Shown: positions 18,972 through 28,631 of the stretch, piece after piece
How positions within the stretch are numbered: the stretch's first letter is position 1
Layout of the letters: every line of letters starts with the position of its first letter
Source of the DNA: a virus
Strand: one strand, 5' to 3'
DNA: 64,000 nt
Virus record (IMG/VR): IMGVR_UViG_3300028569_002824
Coordinates: 32,001-96,000 of that record
Position numbers and translations under genes: made by a program
Notes under the pieces: model-generated
What the model saw: only the letters and a program-made list of their open reading frames with translations
Told to the model about the DNA's origin: nothing
The model's database searches: none

Positions 18972-19601
18972 TCAAGCTTTTACTAAAGTAGCTACTTCTT
19001 CAAGTGTGAGACCGTCATTTTTTGCTTCGTCCAAAACACGATACAGCTCATTAACTACGTCGCTAATTTTGTCTTTATGCTCAGCAATCTTATTATAATG
19101 AAAGGCGCGTAGCTTATTATGAGTGTTTGTTTCTTTTAGTAATTCAGAGGCTTCTATCAAGTCGACTTTTGGTCCTAAAAATTTCTTAATTTTTATTATT
19201 GTTTTAACTAACGGAGAAAGTGAATTGGTTTCTTCTTCAGTTATAGGGGATTTTATTTTTTGTCCGGATTCGTTAATAAGTCCTAATTTGAAAGCATCAA
19301 ATTGTGCAAATGGTTTTTTAAGCTCTTTGATTAAAATCTGATTATCAAGAAAACTTTGTATAGTTTCTCTAAACATATTGTTATAAGACACTCCGTGTAC
19401 ATGCATGTCGTTATTAGGGTTGTGTTTGCAACCTCTTCCGTAACTTGAAGACCCGCAATAAGAACATTTTGTAGAATCATCAGGATGAAAGTGCACTCCA
19501 TGAGGACCGTGCCTACAACCTTTTCCTCTGTTTAAAGAACCACAATACATGCAGCGGCTTTTTTGTGGGCTTGGCTTATTAGTAGCCTGCATGTTATTCA
19601 T
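18972..19601 (-). CDS. Protein with two Cys/His-rich repeats and a PF..FDAFKLGLI..G domain
   Basis: Tandem CxYCGSxxxGxGCxHxP...HxH repeats. Confidence 0.65.
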   Translation of the reverse strand: MNNMQATNKPSPQKSRCMYCGSLNRGKGCRHGPHGVHFHPDDSTKCSYCGSSSYGRGCKHNPNNDMHVHGVSYNNMFRETIQSFLDNQILIKELKKPFAQFDAFKLGLINESGQKIKSPITEEETNSLSPLVKTIIKIKKFLGPKVDLIEASELLKETNTHNKLRAFHYNKIAEHKDKISDVVNELYRVLDEAKNDGLTLEEVATLVKA

Positions 19602-19609
19602 ACTGTTCG

Positions 19610-19954
19610 TTAGAATTTCTTTACGGGATTATTTTGCTGATTGTTGTTTTGTGGCTGTTGCTGTCCTGCTGGTGCTGGTTGTCCTGCTGGCACTGGTGCT
19701 GGTTGTCCTGCTGTTACCGGTTGCCCTGGTGCTGGCTTTTGAGCGTTCGTTTTAGCTGCTTGTTGTGCAGCAAGTTGTGCAGCCTTCATTTGTTTTTCAA
19801 GCTCTGCCAACACAGCTGCTGGATTTTGACCGTGTTTTTGAAGCAATCCTTGAAGATCTTTAGCTAAATCTTGTGGATTAGATGTTGGAGCAGCTGGTGG
19901 AACTGTGTTTTCAGCTAATGTAGCCTTATAAATATCATCGAATGTTAGTTTCAT
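19610..19954 (-). CDS. Q/P/A-rich late protein, possible head-internal protein
   Basis: TAAATA at 19960-19965; N-terminus MKLTFDDIYKATLAE; PAGQP repeats. Confidence 0.6.
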   Translation of the reverse strand: MKLTFDDIYKATLAENTVPPAAPTSNPQDLAKDLQGLLQKHGQNPAAVLAELEKQMKAAQLAAQQAAKTNAQKPAPGQPVTAGQPAPVPAGQPAPAGQQQPQNNNQQNNPVKKF

Positions 19955-19986
19955 ATTTTTATTTAATCAAATTAATTTTTAAATCA

Positions 19987-21312
19987 TCACTTCATTTTTG
20001 TTTGAAATGGGTTTGCTCCTTGCAAATTACCTGCACCTGGAATATAAAGAATTAACAGTAATCGTTTTAAGAATTTGTCTATTGTGTAAAATATTTTTTT
20101 GTCAGCTGTGCTCTGACCATATTTTCCCATTTTTCTTACTTTATCGTAATTATCAATAAATTGCTCGCATTCACGTGTAAATTGTTCAAAAAACTTCATA
20201 ATTTGAACAACTAGTGGTTTCGATCCATGAAATCTAACATCTTCTCCCTCTCGATTAGCTCCATCAATCACGTTTTTTGGTATTTCCTCTGCTAAATTAG
20301 GATCCTCATAAGTAACCTCAAATAATAATTTCATTCCAGCATGAGAGGACATGAAAAGATTTGCAAACGATTCAACTTGTTTTTCTACTGAGCGCGGTGG
20401 CGTTGATGTGCTAAGTTTAGTGGACGCAATGGCTGATTTGATGCGGTCCGCCTCATCTTTGATAGGATCGCTTTTGGGGCTTACTGTAGGAGCGGGAGCC
20501 GGATCCGGCGCTGCAGAAGTTAACTTATCTACGATTCGTTGTCTTATTGAATCCAACATTTTTACCACTCCAGGGTCTGTTGAGTTAATTACTTGATCAA
20601 GTAATTGTTCGAGTTCCGTTGATATTTCTGGACTCATCTTTGGGTTGGCCACTAATATCTGTAAAATTTTTGTTAAATCATCAGGGTTTTGCTGAAGATG
20701 TTTTTTGATATTTTGGTTTTCAGCGTTCGTCGTGGGATTTGTTGCTTTGGTATCACTGACTCCAGATAAGGATCCGAGTCTACTTGGAGGAACCTCAGAA
20801 GACCCTCCTCCCCCTCCTCTAGTTGATGTAGTTTTATTATCTGATGACTCAACATCAAGACCACCACCACCACCACCACCACCACCTGAAGATCCACCAC
20901 CACCACCTGATTCTGGGGATCCGACAATTGGTTTAGCTGTTTGTAGATAACTCGGTGGGTCTTGTAAAAATTTTTGGGCCTCTTTTATAGCAGCAATTTG
21001 TTTTGATATAACGGATTTATCACTCATTTCATAATCAATGAGTTTCGCTTGGCTTTTTAAGTATTGCTCAATAGCGCCAAGGGTTTTTGTGCGAAACGAA
21101 TTCCATAAATGTTGAACTTGAGCTTCAGTTGGATTCTTTTGGTTTTCTGGAGAACGAACGGTATTTGCCAATCTATTGCCAACATTTGCTGCCATACCTC
21201 CCAGTCCTTTACCAATAGTGCCAGCTTTGTGAGCTATTTGATCCCAAACGCCTTCCCCAAACACTTCACTTTCGTAAATAGATTCTAGCTTTTTCTGATC
21301 GCTATTTTTCAT
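19987..21312 (-). CDS. Late protein with poly-Gly linkers, possible head-internal/ejected protein
   Basis: Perfect TATAAATA at 21326-21319; N-terminus MKNSDQKKLESIYE..FGEG. Confidence 0.65.
   Translation of the reverse strand: MKNSDQKKLESIYESEVFGEGVWDQIAHKAGTIGKGLGGMAANVGNRLANTVRSPENQKNPTEAQVQHLWNSFRTKTLGAIEQYLKSQAKLIDYEMSDKSVISKQIAAIKEAQKFLQDPPSYLQTAKPIVGSPESGGGGGSSGGGGGGGGGLDVESSDNKTTSTRGGGGGSSEVPPSRLGSLSGVSDTKATNPTTNAENQNIKKHLQQNPDDLTKILQILVANPKMSPEISTELEQLLDQVINSTDPGVVKMLDSIRQRIVDKLTSAAPDPAPAPTVSPKSDPIKDEADRIKSAIASTKLSTSTPPRSVEKQVESFANLFMSSHAGMKLLFEVTYEDPNLAEEIPKNVIDGANREGEDVRFHGSKPLVVQIMKFFEQFTRECEQFIDNYDKVRKMGKYGQSTADKKIFYTIDKFLKRLLLILYIPGAGNLQGANPFQTKMK
20861..20908. repeat. (CCA)n trinucleotide tracts encoding poly-Gly
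   Basis: ccaccaccacc... runs inside ORF 19987-21312. Confidence 0.8.
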
Positions 21313-21368
21313 TGTATTTATTTATACAAAACCTTAACTTTTTACACATTAACTAATAAATAACCAAT

Positions 21369-22628
21369 ATGTTAAAGTTTAAAAACTTAATTCTGTCGAT
21401 AATAAACGAGGGACCTGCTGTTGCAGTTGCTCCTGCAACAGGTACTTCCACTACACCAGCTGCACCGAGTACTTCTACTGCACCTGTTACAGCACCTAGT
21501 AGCGGACAGCCACTATCTTTGAGAGATTTGTTTTTTACTCCTCTATCTAATACGACGAGTGGAACACCAAACCCGCCAACCAACATCACACAAGCAATCA
21601 AAGATTTAGAAACTCCATACAACAACGCATATGGTCCCGGTTCAGCTCCAAGCGCTGATGACTTAATTAAAATTTTTAATATTTGGAAGAAGTGCTGGTC
21701 AAGAACATCAGCATCTCAATTTTTTGAATATGGGCAATATATGCCGTATATAGAATTTATGGCTCAAGTAGCTCATTTGGCCGGCAATGTAACAAACGTA
21801 GATGCCCGCTTCGAGACTGAACTTATACAACCGGCAGCATTTATGGCCGCTATAACTACATTTAAAGCCGCTCTCGTTAATAAACCAACCGCAAACCCCA
21901 TAGACTTTCCAGTATCAACAGCAGAAGGACAATACATTGCGACTCAGTTAAAAAAACACATACAAACAAATTTTGTAGGGCAAATTACTCTCGATAAGTA
22001 TGCTGGAAAAAGCATTAAAGATGCTATATTTTACATCTTAGAAGCTAGAAAGAAAGCTAGACTAGCTACACTTTCAATAGGAACTGTTCCCAATCAAGGC
22101 AAGGAAGTATTACAAATATTATTGAAACCAGATAACTTTGCTGGAGGCAACTATGCCTTCAGCAACAAGGTAAGTAGTGATAAAATCTATACTAGAGCAA
22201 TACATACCGAATTGTTAGGTATAGGTTTGTCAGCCAGAAGACTGTTTGATGCGGAGTGTACGAGGTTATTTGAAAAAGATCCAACAGGCAAAGGTTTTAT
22301 AGATCCAGGTCCAGAAATGGGCGATTCTGCTTATGAAGTATTTCTTAACAATGGGTCTCTCGATGGACAAAATTGCTTTGCATTTGCTGATGATGGAGGA
22401 GGAACTGTATCAGCTACTGATGTTGGAACTGGAGGATATATTGTGGGAAACCTCAAGGCAATTTCATCTAAGAACGAAGCGGCTAAAGATCTTTACGATA
22501 AGCTTACTGAATTAGCTAATTATGTTAGAGAGGGTGAAATAGTTGATTGGTTGGCAGTAATTGGCGGAGCAACAAAAATTGCTGGAGGATTGAGCATGGG
22601 AGCTCCCACAGTCGGAGGTAAGAGATAG
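21369..22628 (+). CDS. Late virion-associated hypothetical protein
   Basis: TAAATA at 21357-21362; N-terminus MLKFKNLILSIINEG followed by a T/P/A linker; Gly-rich hydrophobic C-terminus. Confidence 0.65.
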   Translation: MLKFKNLILSIINEGPAVAVAPATGTSTTPAAPSTSTAPVTAPSSGQPLSLRDLFFTPLSNTTSGTPNPPTNITQAIKDLETPYNNAYGPGSAPSADDLIKIFNIWKKCWSRTSASQFFEYGQYMPYIEFMAQVAHLAGNVTNVDARFETELIQPAAFMAAITTFKAALVNKPTANPIDFPVSTAEGQYIATQLKKHIQTNFVGQITLDKYAGKSIKDAIFYILEARKKARLATLSIGTVPNQGKEVLQILLKPDNFAGGNYAFSNKVSSDKIYTRAIHTELLGIGLSARRLFDAECTRLFEKDPTGKGFIDPGPEMGDSAYEVFLNNGSLDGQNCFAFADDGGGTVSATDVGTGGYIVGNLKAISSKNEAAKDLYDKLTELANYVREGEIVDWLAVIGGATKIAGGLSMGAPTVGGKR

Positions 22629-22633
22629 AATTA

Positions 22634-23650
22634 TCATAGCTTCATTAGTTTCTGTTTAACTATAGCTTCACTGCCTTTGAGGCTATTTTTAACAATAAAT
22701 TTCCACGAAATTTCATCTAACTCAAGACTACAGCACACTTCATTGATGTCTTTAAATCGTCGAAATTCCTTGGGCCAAATGAATACACGCTTTCCACTAC
22801 GAATTGTTTTTTCTATTTTCTTTGCGGTTTGCTCGTTGTTTTTATCGTTATCAAACACATAAATCTGCTCATATCCAAGAAGACTATTAAGCTCGTCTAT
22901 TTGACATTCAGTTGGTGAAAGAGCAGCAATAGCAACACCGTTTTTGACAAACATTGAATCAATAGGTCCCTCAAAAATAAAAACAAAAGGAACCTCTGGA
23001 ATTATATTGTTAATACCAAAAACATGCTTCTCTCCAAATTTAGTCAAATATTTAGGAAATTGATCTCCAGTTAAAGCTCTGGTTTGATAACAAATAACCT
23101 TATTTGCATCATTAAAGAATGGGAGAACCAATCTATTCTTATGAATCTTGTCTTCAAGCGAAATATAAAACGTCTTGCATCTATTTACTGCAGAAAATAA
23201 TCTCCTTGACTTACAACACTCCAGTGCAGTTTGGAGCATTTGGTTCTCTTTAAAGAAATTAACTTGCGTTAAATCACACAAATCTATACTATTCTCAGGA
23301 AGATCAGGAATTTCGGTTGGTAATGCAACATTTTCTTTGTGCGATGCTTTAAATTTTCTAGGATTAATAATCTCGGATTTATTCTTTTCGTTATTCTTTT
23401 TAATTATTTCAGTAACAGAAAGTCCAGAAACCTCCTTAACCCATTCAAACGGTTTCCACGATTTAGAGCAATTATGACAAAAGAAATACTGTTTATTAGG
23501 AAAGTAAAATAGTCTTCTCGTTCTTCCGGCTGACTTTCCCTCTTTGCATACAGGACATTCTGCATTGAATACATTTTGATATCGTTTATGTATAGGCCTT
23601 TTGCAGTGCACATACATCATCTCGATCAAAAACTCTTGCGTTAGTTCCAC
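22634..23650 (-). CDS. 61: DNA primase (gp61-like)
   Basis: Zinc finger CPVC...CHNC; TOPRIM motifs FEGPIDSMF, FDND and KDINE. Confidence 0.93.
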   Translation of the reverse strand: MELTQEFLIEMMYVHCKRPIHKRYQNVFNAECPVCKEGKSAGRTRRLFYFPNKQYFFCHNCSKSWKPFEWVKEVSGLSVTEIIKKNNEKNKSEIINPRKFKASHKENVALPTEIPDLPENSIDLCDLTQVNFFKENQMLQTALECCKSRRLFSAVNRCKTFYISLEDKIHKNRLVLPFFNDANKVICYQTRALTGDQFPKYLTKFGEKHVFGINNIIPEVPFVFIFEGPIDSMFVKNGVAIAALSPTECQIDELNSLLGYEQIYVFDNDKNNEQTAKKIEKTIRSGKRVFIWPKEFRRFKDINEVCCSLELDEISWKFIVKNSLKGSEAIVKQKLMKL

Positions 23651-23696
23651 GAATGAAACTATACAAGGTAGTAATCCAAATTCAACCTAATATTAA

Positions 23697-24128
23697 TTAG
23701 CGCTTGACTGCGTTGATCATGAAGCTCTTGAGCTTCTCAGAAATAGATAGAAGTGTTTCTGCGACGCTTACGATGTCAACTTTTGTTCTGGATGAAATTC
23801 CGTCAAATGGCGTTCCTGGTCTATCTAATGAAGACACAAGGCTCTGTAGGGAAGTACCTTCTAAGCCGTTGATTTTTTCAGCAAAATCTTCTAGTTGAAA
23901 TATATAATCTTTTAATGTTGCGCCTGTTGGAGCAGTTGCTTCTGAAGTTGTTCCTTCAGTTTCTCCTTCTGCTTGCTCTCCTGGAGCTTGAGGAATTGGT
24001 TCCACATCATCAAAATCTTCAGGCATTGGAACAGTCGAACCGCCACTTTCTGCTGGAGCTTCTTCAGTCTCTTTGTTGGCTTCGTCTTCCTTCAAGTATA
24101 CACTATTATAAAGTTCTTCAAATCTCAT
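23697..24128 (-). CDS. Acidic late protein, possible head-internal/core protein
   Basis: TAAATA at 24134-24139; N-terminus MRFEELYNSVYLKE. Confidence 0.6.
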   Translation of the reverse strand: MRFEELYNSVYLKEDEANKETEEAPAESGGSTVPMPEDFDDVEPIPQAPGEQAEGETEGTTSEATAPTGATLKDYIFQLEDFAEKINGLEGTSLQSLVSSLDRPGTPFDGISSRTKVDIVSVAETLLSISEKLKSFMINAVKR

Positions 24129-24138
24129 AATTATATTT

Positions 24139-24516
24139 ATGATTTTACTGGAGTTTTTCTATAGTATGTGTTGGATAAATCTGATTATGTTAACGTGGTT
24201 TATTACTGACGCGGCATATTCCTACTTAACGTTGTTTAATTGTCTTACTAAACTTCGGTTACGTTTTGCTATTTATTTGATCACAAATGAAGACGGTACC
24301 TTTATAACATTTTTAAACCACGAGAGTACCGACCCTAACATAACTCCGCTGCATAGATTTTTATTGAAACTAATAACGTGTCCCTTGTGTTTAGCGATGT
24401 GGCTTTCAATTACGTGTTGCTTATTGTGGTTAGACGTTGGAAATATAGCTCCACTTTATATTATATCTATTGTAACATTTTTGCTTCTGCGGAAATTGAT
24501 TCAAATACTTCTGTAA
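24139..24516 (+). CDS. Small membrane protein, DUF1360-like
   Basis: Hydrophobic helices and an LITCPLCLAMW motif. Confidence 0.5.
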   Translation: MILLEFFYSMCWINLIMLTWFITDAAYSYLTLFNCLTKLRLRFAIYLITNEDGTFITFLNHESTDPNITPLHRFLLKLITCPLCLAMWLSITCCLLWLDVGNIAPLYIISIVTFLLLRKLIQILL

Positions 24517-25267
24517 TTTCCTGTTGTATGTTTTCAAGTTCGAACACCTTGTATGTATCGTTATTAACGTTTAACCAAACAATCTTAAGACCTGAAATTT
24601 TAATACTCGTGTATTTCTCTATTATGTATTTATACGCGTTGAGTTGTATTGTGTAGTGAGTAAGTTCACAATCCGGCATTAAATCAAATGGAGCTTTGAG
24701 CTTGGTTTTATATTTAGCTTTTGTGTTAATATTTTTGTTTGTCTTGAAATCTACAATCTCGTAACTATCCGTAGCACAATTGTAACAAAGCAAATCAACC
24801 ATTCCACAAATTCGTGTATCGTCCAAGTCACCAACAACCAATTCTGTTCTAGCACAAATTAAGTCGGAATAATCTGAATAAAATTGTTGAAAATACTGCA
24901 CCAACACAGGCAATCTTTCAAGCAATTCAATCTTTTGCTCTGTTTTGAGGATGGACGAAACCAGAGACTGATCAACAGCGATTTTTTTGTTTGCATAGAA
25001 ATTTTCTATGTATTTGTGCACAATGCTTCCCAACGTCGTAGACAGCTTATTTTTAAGTTCCCATTCTTCTTTAATTGATTCTTGGCTTACTCCGTTTTTT
25101 CTTGCTACTTTTAAAGATACGCTTTCAACATCAAATACGGGTTTAACTCTTTTAATCAATCCGGTTACTGAGAACCCATGAGATTGTACATTATCAATAA
25201 AATAGGTATGTGTTTTTTCTACAAACGTAATTTTGTTGAAGATTGAAAGCTCTTTAAAAATATTCAC
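24467..25267 (-). CDS. PD-(D/E)XK exonuclease
   Basis: HTY, SVT, LGSIVH, CGMVDLL, IVDFKT, YxIQLNAY. Confidence 0.85.
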   Translation of the reverse strand: MNIFKELSIFNKITFVEKTHTYFIDNVQSHGFSVTGLIKRVKPVFDVESVSLKVARKNGVSQESIKEEWELKNKLSTTLGSIVHKYIENFYANKKIAVDQSLVSSILKTEQKIELLERLPVLVQYFQQFYSDYSDLICARTELVVGDLDDTRICGMVDLLCYNCATDSYEIVDFKTNKNINTKAKYKTKLKAPFDLMPDCELTHYTIQLNAYKYIIEKYTSIKISGLKIVWLNVNNDTYKVFELENIQQEITEVFESISAEAKMLQ

Positions 25268-25488
25268 TAATTAGAGGATACATTATCTATAATAAAAAGC
25301 TCCCCATTTTGACCAAGTTCCTTTAATATGCCAAACATTTTATTGCCTTCCCACAACCATTTAATACTATCACCATGCTCGAATCTCAGCGATTTATCGA
25401 GGTATATACTACCTCCTTCGTCATATTTTTCCAAATCGAGATAAAACCGATTGCCTTCTTTGTAAATAAAATTTGTTAAATTAATCAT
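25267..25488 (-). CDS. Hypothetical protein
   Basis: 73-aa ORF, translationally coupled to its neighbours. Confidence 0.5.
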   Translation of the reverse strand: MINLTNFIYKEGNRFYLDLEKYDEGGSIYLDKSLRFEHGDSIKWLWEGNKMFGILKELGQNGELFIIDNVSSN

Positions 25489-25927
25489 TCGTTTGTGTAT
25501 TGTAATTTGCTAACCATGCTGAAAGCTGAGTTTTTTTTGATTTTGGATATCTAAATTTGTAGCCTCCCCAGCTCTTTGTGTCAACGTATTTAGTCCAAAG
25601 GGTTTTTGCTATGATATCAACCCGGTTCTCAATATCAAATTGCCTTTCAGGAGAGATGTTTCTGTCTGCTCCTGTATGATAACCTAACCACTTTTTTTGT
25701 TGAACGGCAACGTGATGAGCTAACTCATGAAAAAACACGAACATCATCATAATCCTTTGTTGTTTATTATTAATAAAAATATTACCTGTATCGAAATTAT
25801 ATGAACCATCAACACGTGTTGATTGATTGTTAAAATATATTTTATTTACATTATGTTCTAATGCAATAAGACTCATTAAAAATCTTATTTGTTTTTTTGG
25901 AATTTTTGAGTCAATAAAAAGTTTCAT
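25481..25927 (-). CDS. HExxH zinc metallopeptidase-like protein (ImmA/IrrE-like)
   Basis: FFHELAHH and a downstream IENRVD Glu. Confidence 0.65.
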   Translation of the reverse strand: MKLFIDSKIPKKQIRFLMSLIALEHNVNKIYFNNQSTRVDGSYNFDTGNIFINNKQQRIMMMFVFFHELAHHVAVQQKKWLGYHTGADRNISPERQFDIENRVDIIAKTLWTKYVDTKSWGGYKFRYPKSKKTQLSAWLANYNTQTND

Positions 25928-25940
25928 AATAGACAGTTAA

Positions 25941-26156
25941 TTACGTAGCTTCATTTTTATTTTGTGTTTGTAAAATCAATAACTCAGCAAGCGCGTCCTC
26001 GAATGATACGTGACGAATACTATTAGTGCCAACCGACTTTGAAATTGTGTGGGAAGCAGGATCAATTTCTCTTACGATATTATACAGTTGTGTATTGACC
26101 TGTCGGGCCAATGTATCAGAATTTGGATCCTTTATTATACAACTCCTAAAATTCAT
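25941..26156 (-). CDS. Hypothetical protein
   Basis: 71-aa ORF in tandem. Confidence 0.45.
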   Translation of the reverse strand: MNFRSCIIKDPNSDTLARQVNTQLYNIVREIDPASHTISKSVGTNSIRHVSFEDALAELLILQTQNKNEAT

Positions 26157-26157
26157 A

Positions 26158-26565
26158 CTATTTCACTTTAAAATATACAGCAACAATTTGTATTATAATA
26201 TTTAATGCAAACATAATAACCGATCCATACAAAGCCAACGTAGCTTTACTTTTGGTTTTATGGTGATCCGACATGTCTATTTCTCTCTCAATTGTGGATA
26301 TTCGCTTATTAAACCCACTATCTTCATAAAGCTCTACATCTAAATCCTCCTGGATGGACTTTAAACTCAAATTTATCTGCGTATTCCATATCTTTGCTTC
26401 AGCTTCAGATACAGCAATAGTTTGTTTAAGTTCAGCAGTTTCCTTATTAAGATTTTGGAGAACCAAATTATGATCATTTAATTGTTGTAAAACAAGCATT
26501 TGATACTTGGACCACCCATTGCCTTCGTAACCGTTACCTACAGAGTTATCAATGTTTTGATTCAT
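26158..26565 (-). CDS. Coiled-coil protein with a C-terminal TM helix
   Basis: Heptad-like central region; C-terminal LALYGSVIMFALNIIIQIVAVYF. Confidence 0.65.
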   Translation of the reverse strand: MNQNIDNSVGNGYEGNGWSKYQMLVLQQLNDHNLVLQNLNKETAELKQTIAVSEAEAKIWNTQINLSLKSIQEDLDVELYEDSGFNKRISTIEREIDMSDHHKTKSKATLALYGSVIMFALNIIIQIVAVYFKVK

Positions 26566-26567
26566 GA

Positions 26568-27467
26568 TTACGTATGTAAATGCACAAAGCCACTTTCAGA
26601 ATTTGGAGACCACTCGTATTTGATTCCGATTTTTTCTGTAATGTCTCTTAATACTCCAATATAATGTGCAACAATTCCTTCTTCTTTGACCGAAGAAATT
26701 GCAAATCGGTTATAAAATATTTCACCGGTCTTTCTTTGGCACTGGAGAAGCACATCACAATTGTCTCCAGATCCTAAACAGCGTTTTAGGGTAGACATCG
26801 CTCTTGATTGATGTGATTCATCAGTAACAATATCCAAAAATGATTTTCCTAAAGCCTCTTCTGTAATATATCCTGTAATTAGTTCGAATGATTTGTTGGC
26901 ATATACAATTGTTGGAGTGCCGTGTTGCAATTCCATTACTACAATACCGTCCGTAGAAGAATTTACTGCATTTTGCAATAATTTAAAATTATATCCGTGG
27001 TTATTTTTAAATTGTGAAATATCAGACGCAACACCAATAACTCGTTCTTCGCGATCATCACATAAGGAAAACCTCCAAACTAAACGAACGTGATTTCCGT
27101 CCATAGAAATCCACCTATTTATGAATGCGTTATTGCCCAAAAAACGCGTAATTTTTCCTGATTTAATTTCATTGAACTTATTCTTAGACTCTTCTACATC
27201 TTCTGCGCTTATAAAGTCCCATAACGATTTACCAATTAAATCAGCTCTAGTATATCCCAAGATAGTAAATGCAGCATCGCTAATTTTAATAATTGTAGCG
27301 TCTTTGTCCAAAAAAACAATAATGTCCGGTGATGCAGCAAAAATTAAAGCTAGCTGACTTTCTAATTCAGTCAAATATGCTGACAAATTGTTTAAACTAC
27401 CTTGTCTGGAATGTATAGCCTCTAGTAGCTTTTCATTTTCTGTAATCAATTGGCTTTTTGTGATCAT
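26568..27467 (-). CDS. Tandem PAS-domain protein without an output domain
   Basis: PAS1: SPDIIVFLDKDATI..ILGYTRADLIGKS..ASDIS. PAS2: STDGIVV..VYANKSFELITGY..RKTGEIF..LRDIT. Confidence 0.85.
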   Translation of the reverse strand: MITKSQLITENEKLLEAIHSRQGSLNNLSAYLTELESQLALIFAASPDIIVFLDKDATIIKISDAAFTILGYTRADLIGKSLWDFISAEDVEESKNKFNEIKSGKITRFLGNNAFINRWISMDGNHVRLVWRFSLCDDREERVIGVASDISQFKNNHGYNFKLLQNAVNSSTDGIVVMELQHGTPTIVYANKSFELITGYITEEALGKSFLDIVTDESHQSRAMSTLKRCLGSGDNCDVLLQCQRKTGEIFYNRFAISSVKEEGIVAHYIGVLRDITEKIGIKYEWSPNSESGFVHLHT

Positions 27468-27496
27468 ATTATGTTAATATGTGAGTTGGCTATTTA

Positions 27497-28111
27497 TTAA
27501 CACGACTCAATTAGTTTTGCTTCTGATTCTCTTCTATCAAGCAATCCATCAAGTCCTTTACCCAACCAAATTCGTTTCATGCTTCTAAATTCTTTAGCTA
27601 TCTTTTTATAGTCTTTTTTAGGAATCAAATTTTTAATATTAACCATCTCTCTTCTTGAATCTCCTTTAAGACTCGTGCCTCTATTAAACACTAAAGAAAC
27701 AACTGCACCATATGCATCAGGATGCAAGTCAGACAACCCAGGAAAGGTTTTTTCCGCAAGCTTACTAAATTTAGGCCACGTGAGAGTATTAAAAATAGTT
27801 AATGCTTGTTCCCAATTTATATTAATTCCGAAAGCTCTTAATTTTTTAGTATACTCTTTTCCACGCGCTCCTGTTTTTCCAGAAGCTTCTTGAATCTGGG
27901 ATAGTTGATTAGATGGCAAGAAGTCAAAAATTTTAGCAAGTTCCGTCTCTGTATAGTAAGCACAGTCGACACCAATTGCTATCGTTGGTCCAGAAGCTCC
28001 TCCGGGCCATGTAAACTTGGAAAGATATTTTTCGTAATACGATTTGCCTCCTCCTACCTCATACTGGAGAAGCAAGCTTAATGTGTTGTTGGACGGTTTA
28101 CTTGAGTTCAT
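27497..28111 (-). CDS. Endolysin, pesticin-C/T4-lysozyme-like muramidase
   Basis: QYEVGG...WPGGASGPTIAIGVD, AVVSLVFNRG, GLLDRRESEA. Confidence 0.8.
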   Translation of the reverse strand: MNSSKPSNNTLSLLLQYEVGGGKSYYEKYLSKFTWPGGASGPTIAIGVDCAYYTETELAKIFDFLPSNQLSQIQEASGKTGARGKEYTKKLRAFGININWEQALTIFNTLTWPKFSKLAEKTFPGLSDLHPDAYGAVVSLVFNRGTSLKGDSRREMVNIKNLIPKKDYKKIAKEFRSMKRIWLGKGLDGLLDRRESEAKLIESC

Positions 28112-28526
28112 AATCGTCTTCTTTAGCGTTTGTGTGAATAACTGTTATGTTTTCTGTTTTTTCGGTGCGAGTCATTCCCTCCAATGATGCACTCGAAGCA
28201 CTGTTGTATTTTAAATCAACAACTGCTTGAGCACCAACGTACGCAGCAATAATAATAGAAAGTATTTCAATTGTTTTTGAAAACATTGTGACAAAACCGC
28301 TCACAAATTCAGGTTTAGCAGGAATTAAAAACATCATGCCAATACTTGCGAAGTAAAAAAATGCAAGAATAATTACCGAAGTCATTACAATATAAAACTT
28401 TTTAGACTCTAAATGATTAGTAGATTTCAAGCGATCATATTTGTTAGAAGCTGTATTTGGAGGTACACGATCACTGCTTAAAAACGAGACACCATTCATT
28501 ACAGCGTTTTTTATTAAAGCTATCAT
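28098..28526 (-). CDS. Two-TM membrane protein, holin candidate
   Basis: SKKF followed by two hydrophobic helices and YVGAQAVVD; directly upstream of the endolysin. Confidence 0.6.
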   Translation of the reverse strand: MIALIKNAVMNGVSFLSSDRVPPNTASNKYDRLKSTNHLESKKFYIVMTSVIILAFFYFASIGMMFLIPAKPEFVSGFVTMFSKTIEILSIIIAAYVGAQAVVDLKYNSASSASLEGMTRTEKTENITVIHTNAKEDDYELK

Positions 28527-28631
28527 AATAGTGAAACAAAAGCAGCTCCAGTTAAAAATCCTAAAGTAAATACAATCTTTGTTGGGTGATTCCAAAACAA
28601 TTCTGTTATTTTCTCTTTAATATCCATAATT

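Noticed and set aside
26568-27000. Blue-light LOV photoreceptor
   Set aside because: The photoactive GxNCRFLQ motif is absent (GKSFLDIV instead)
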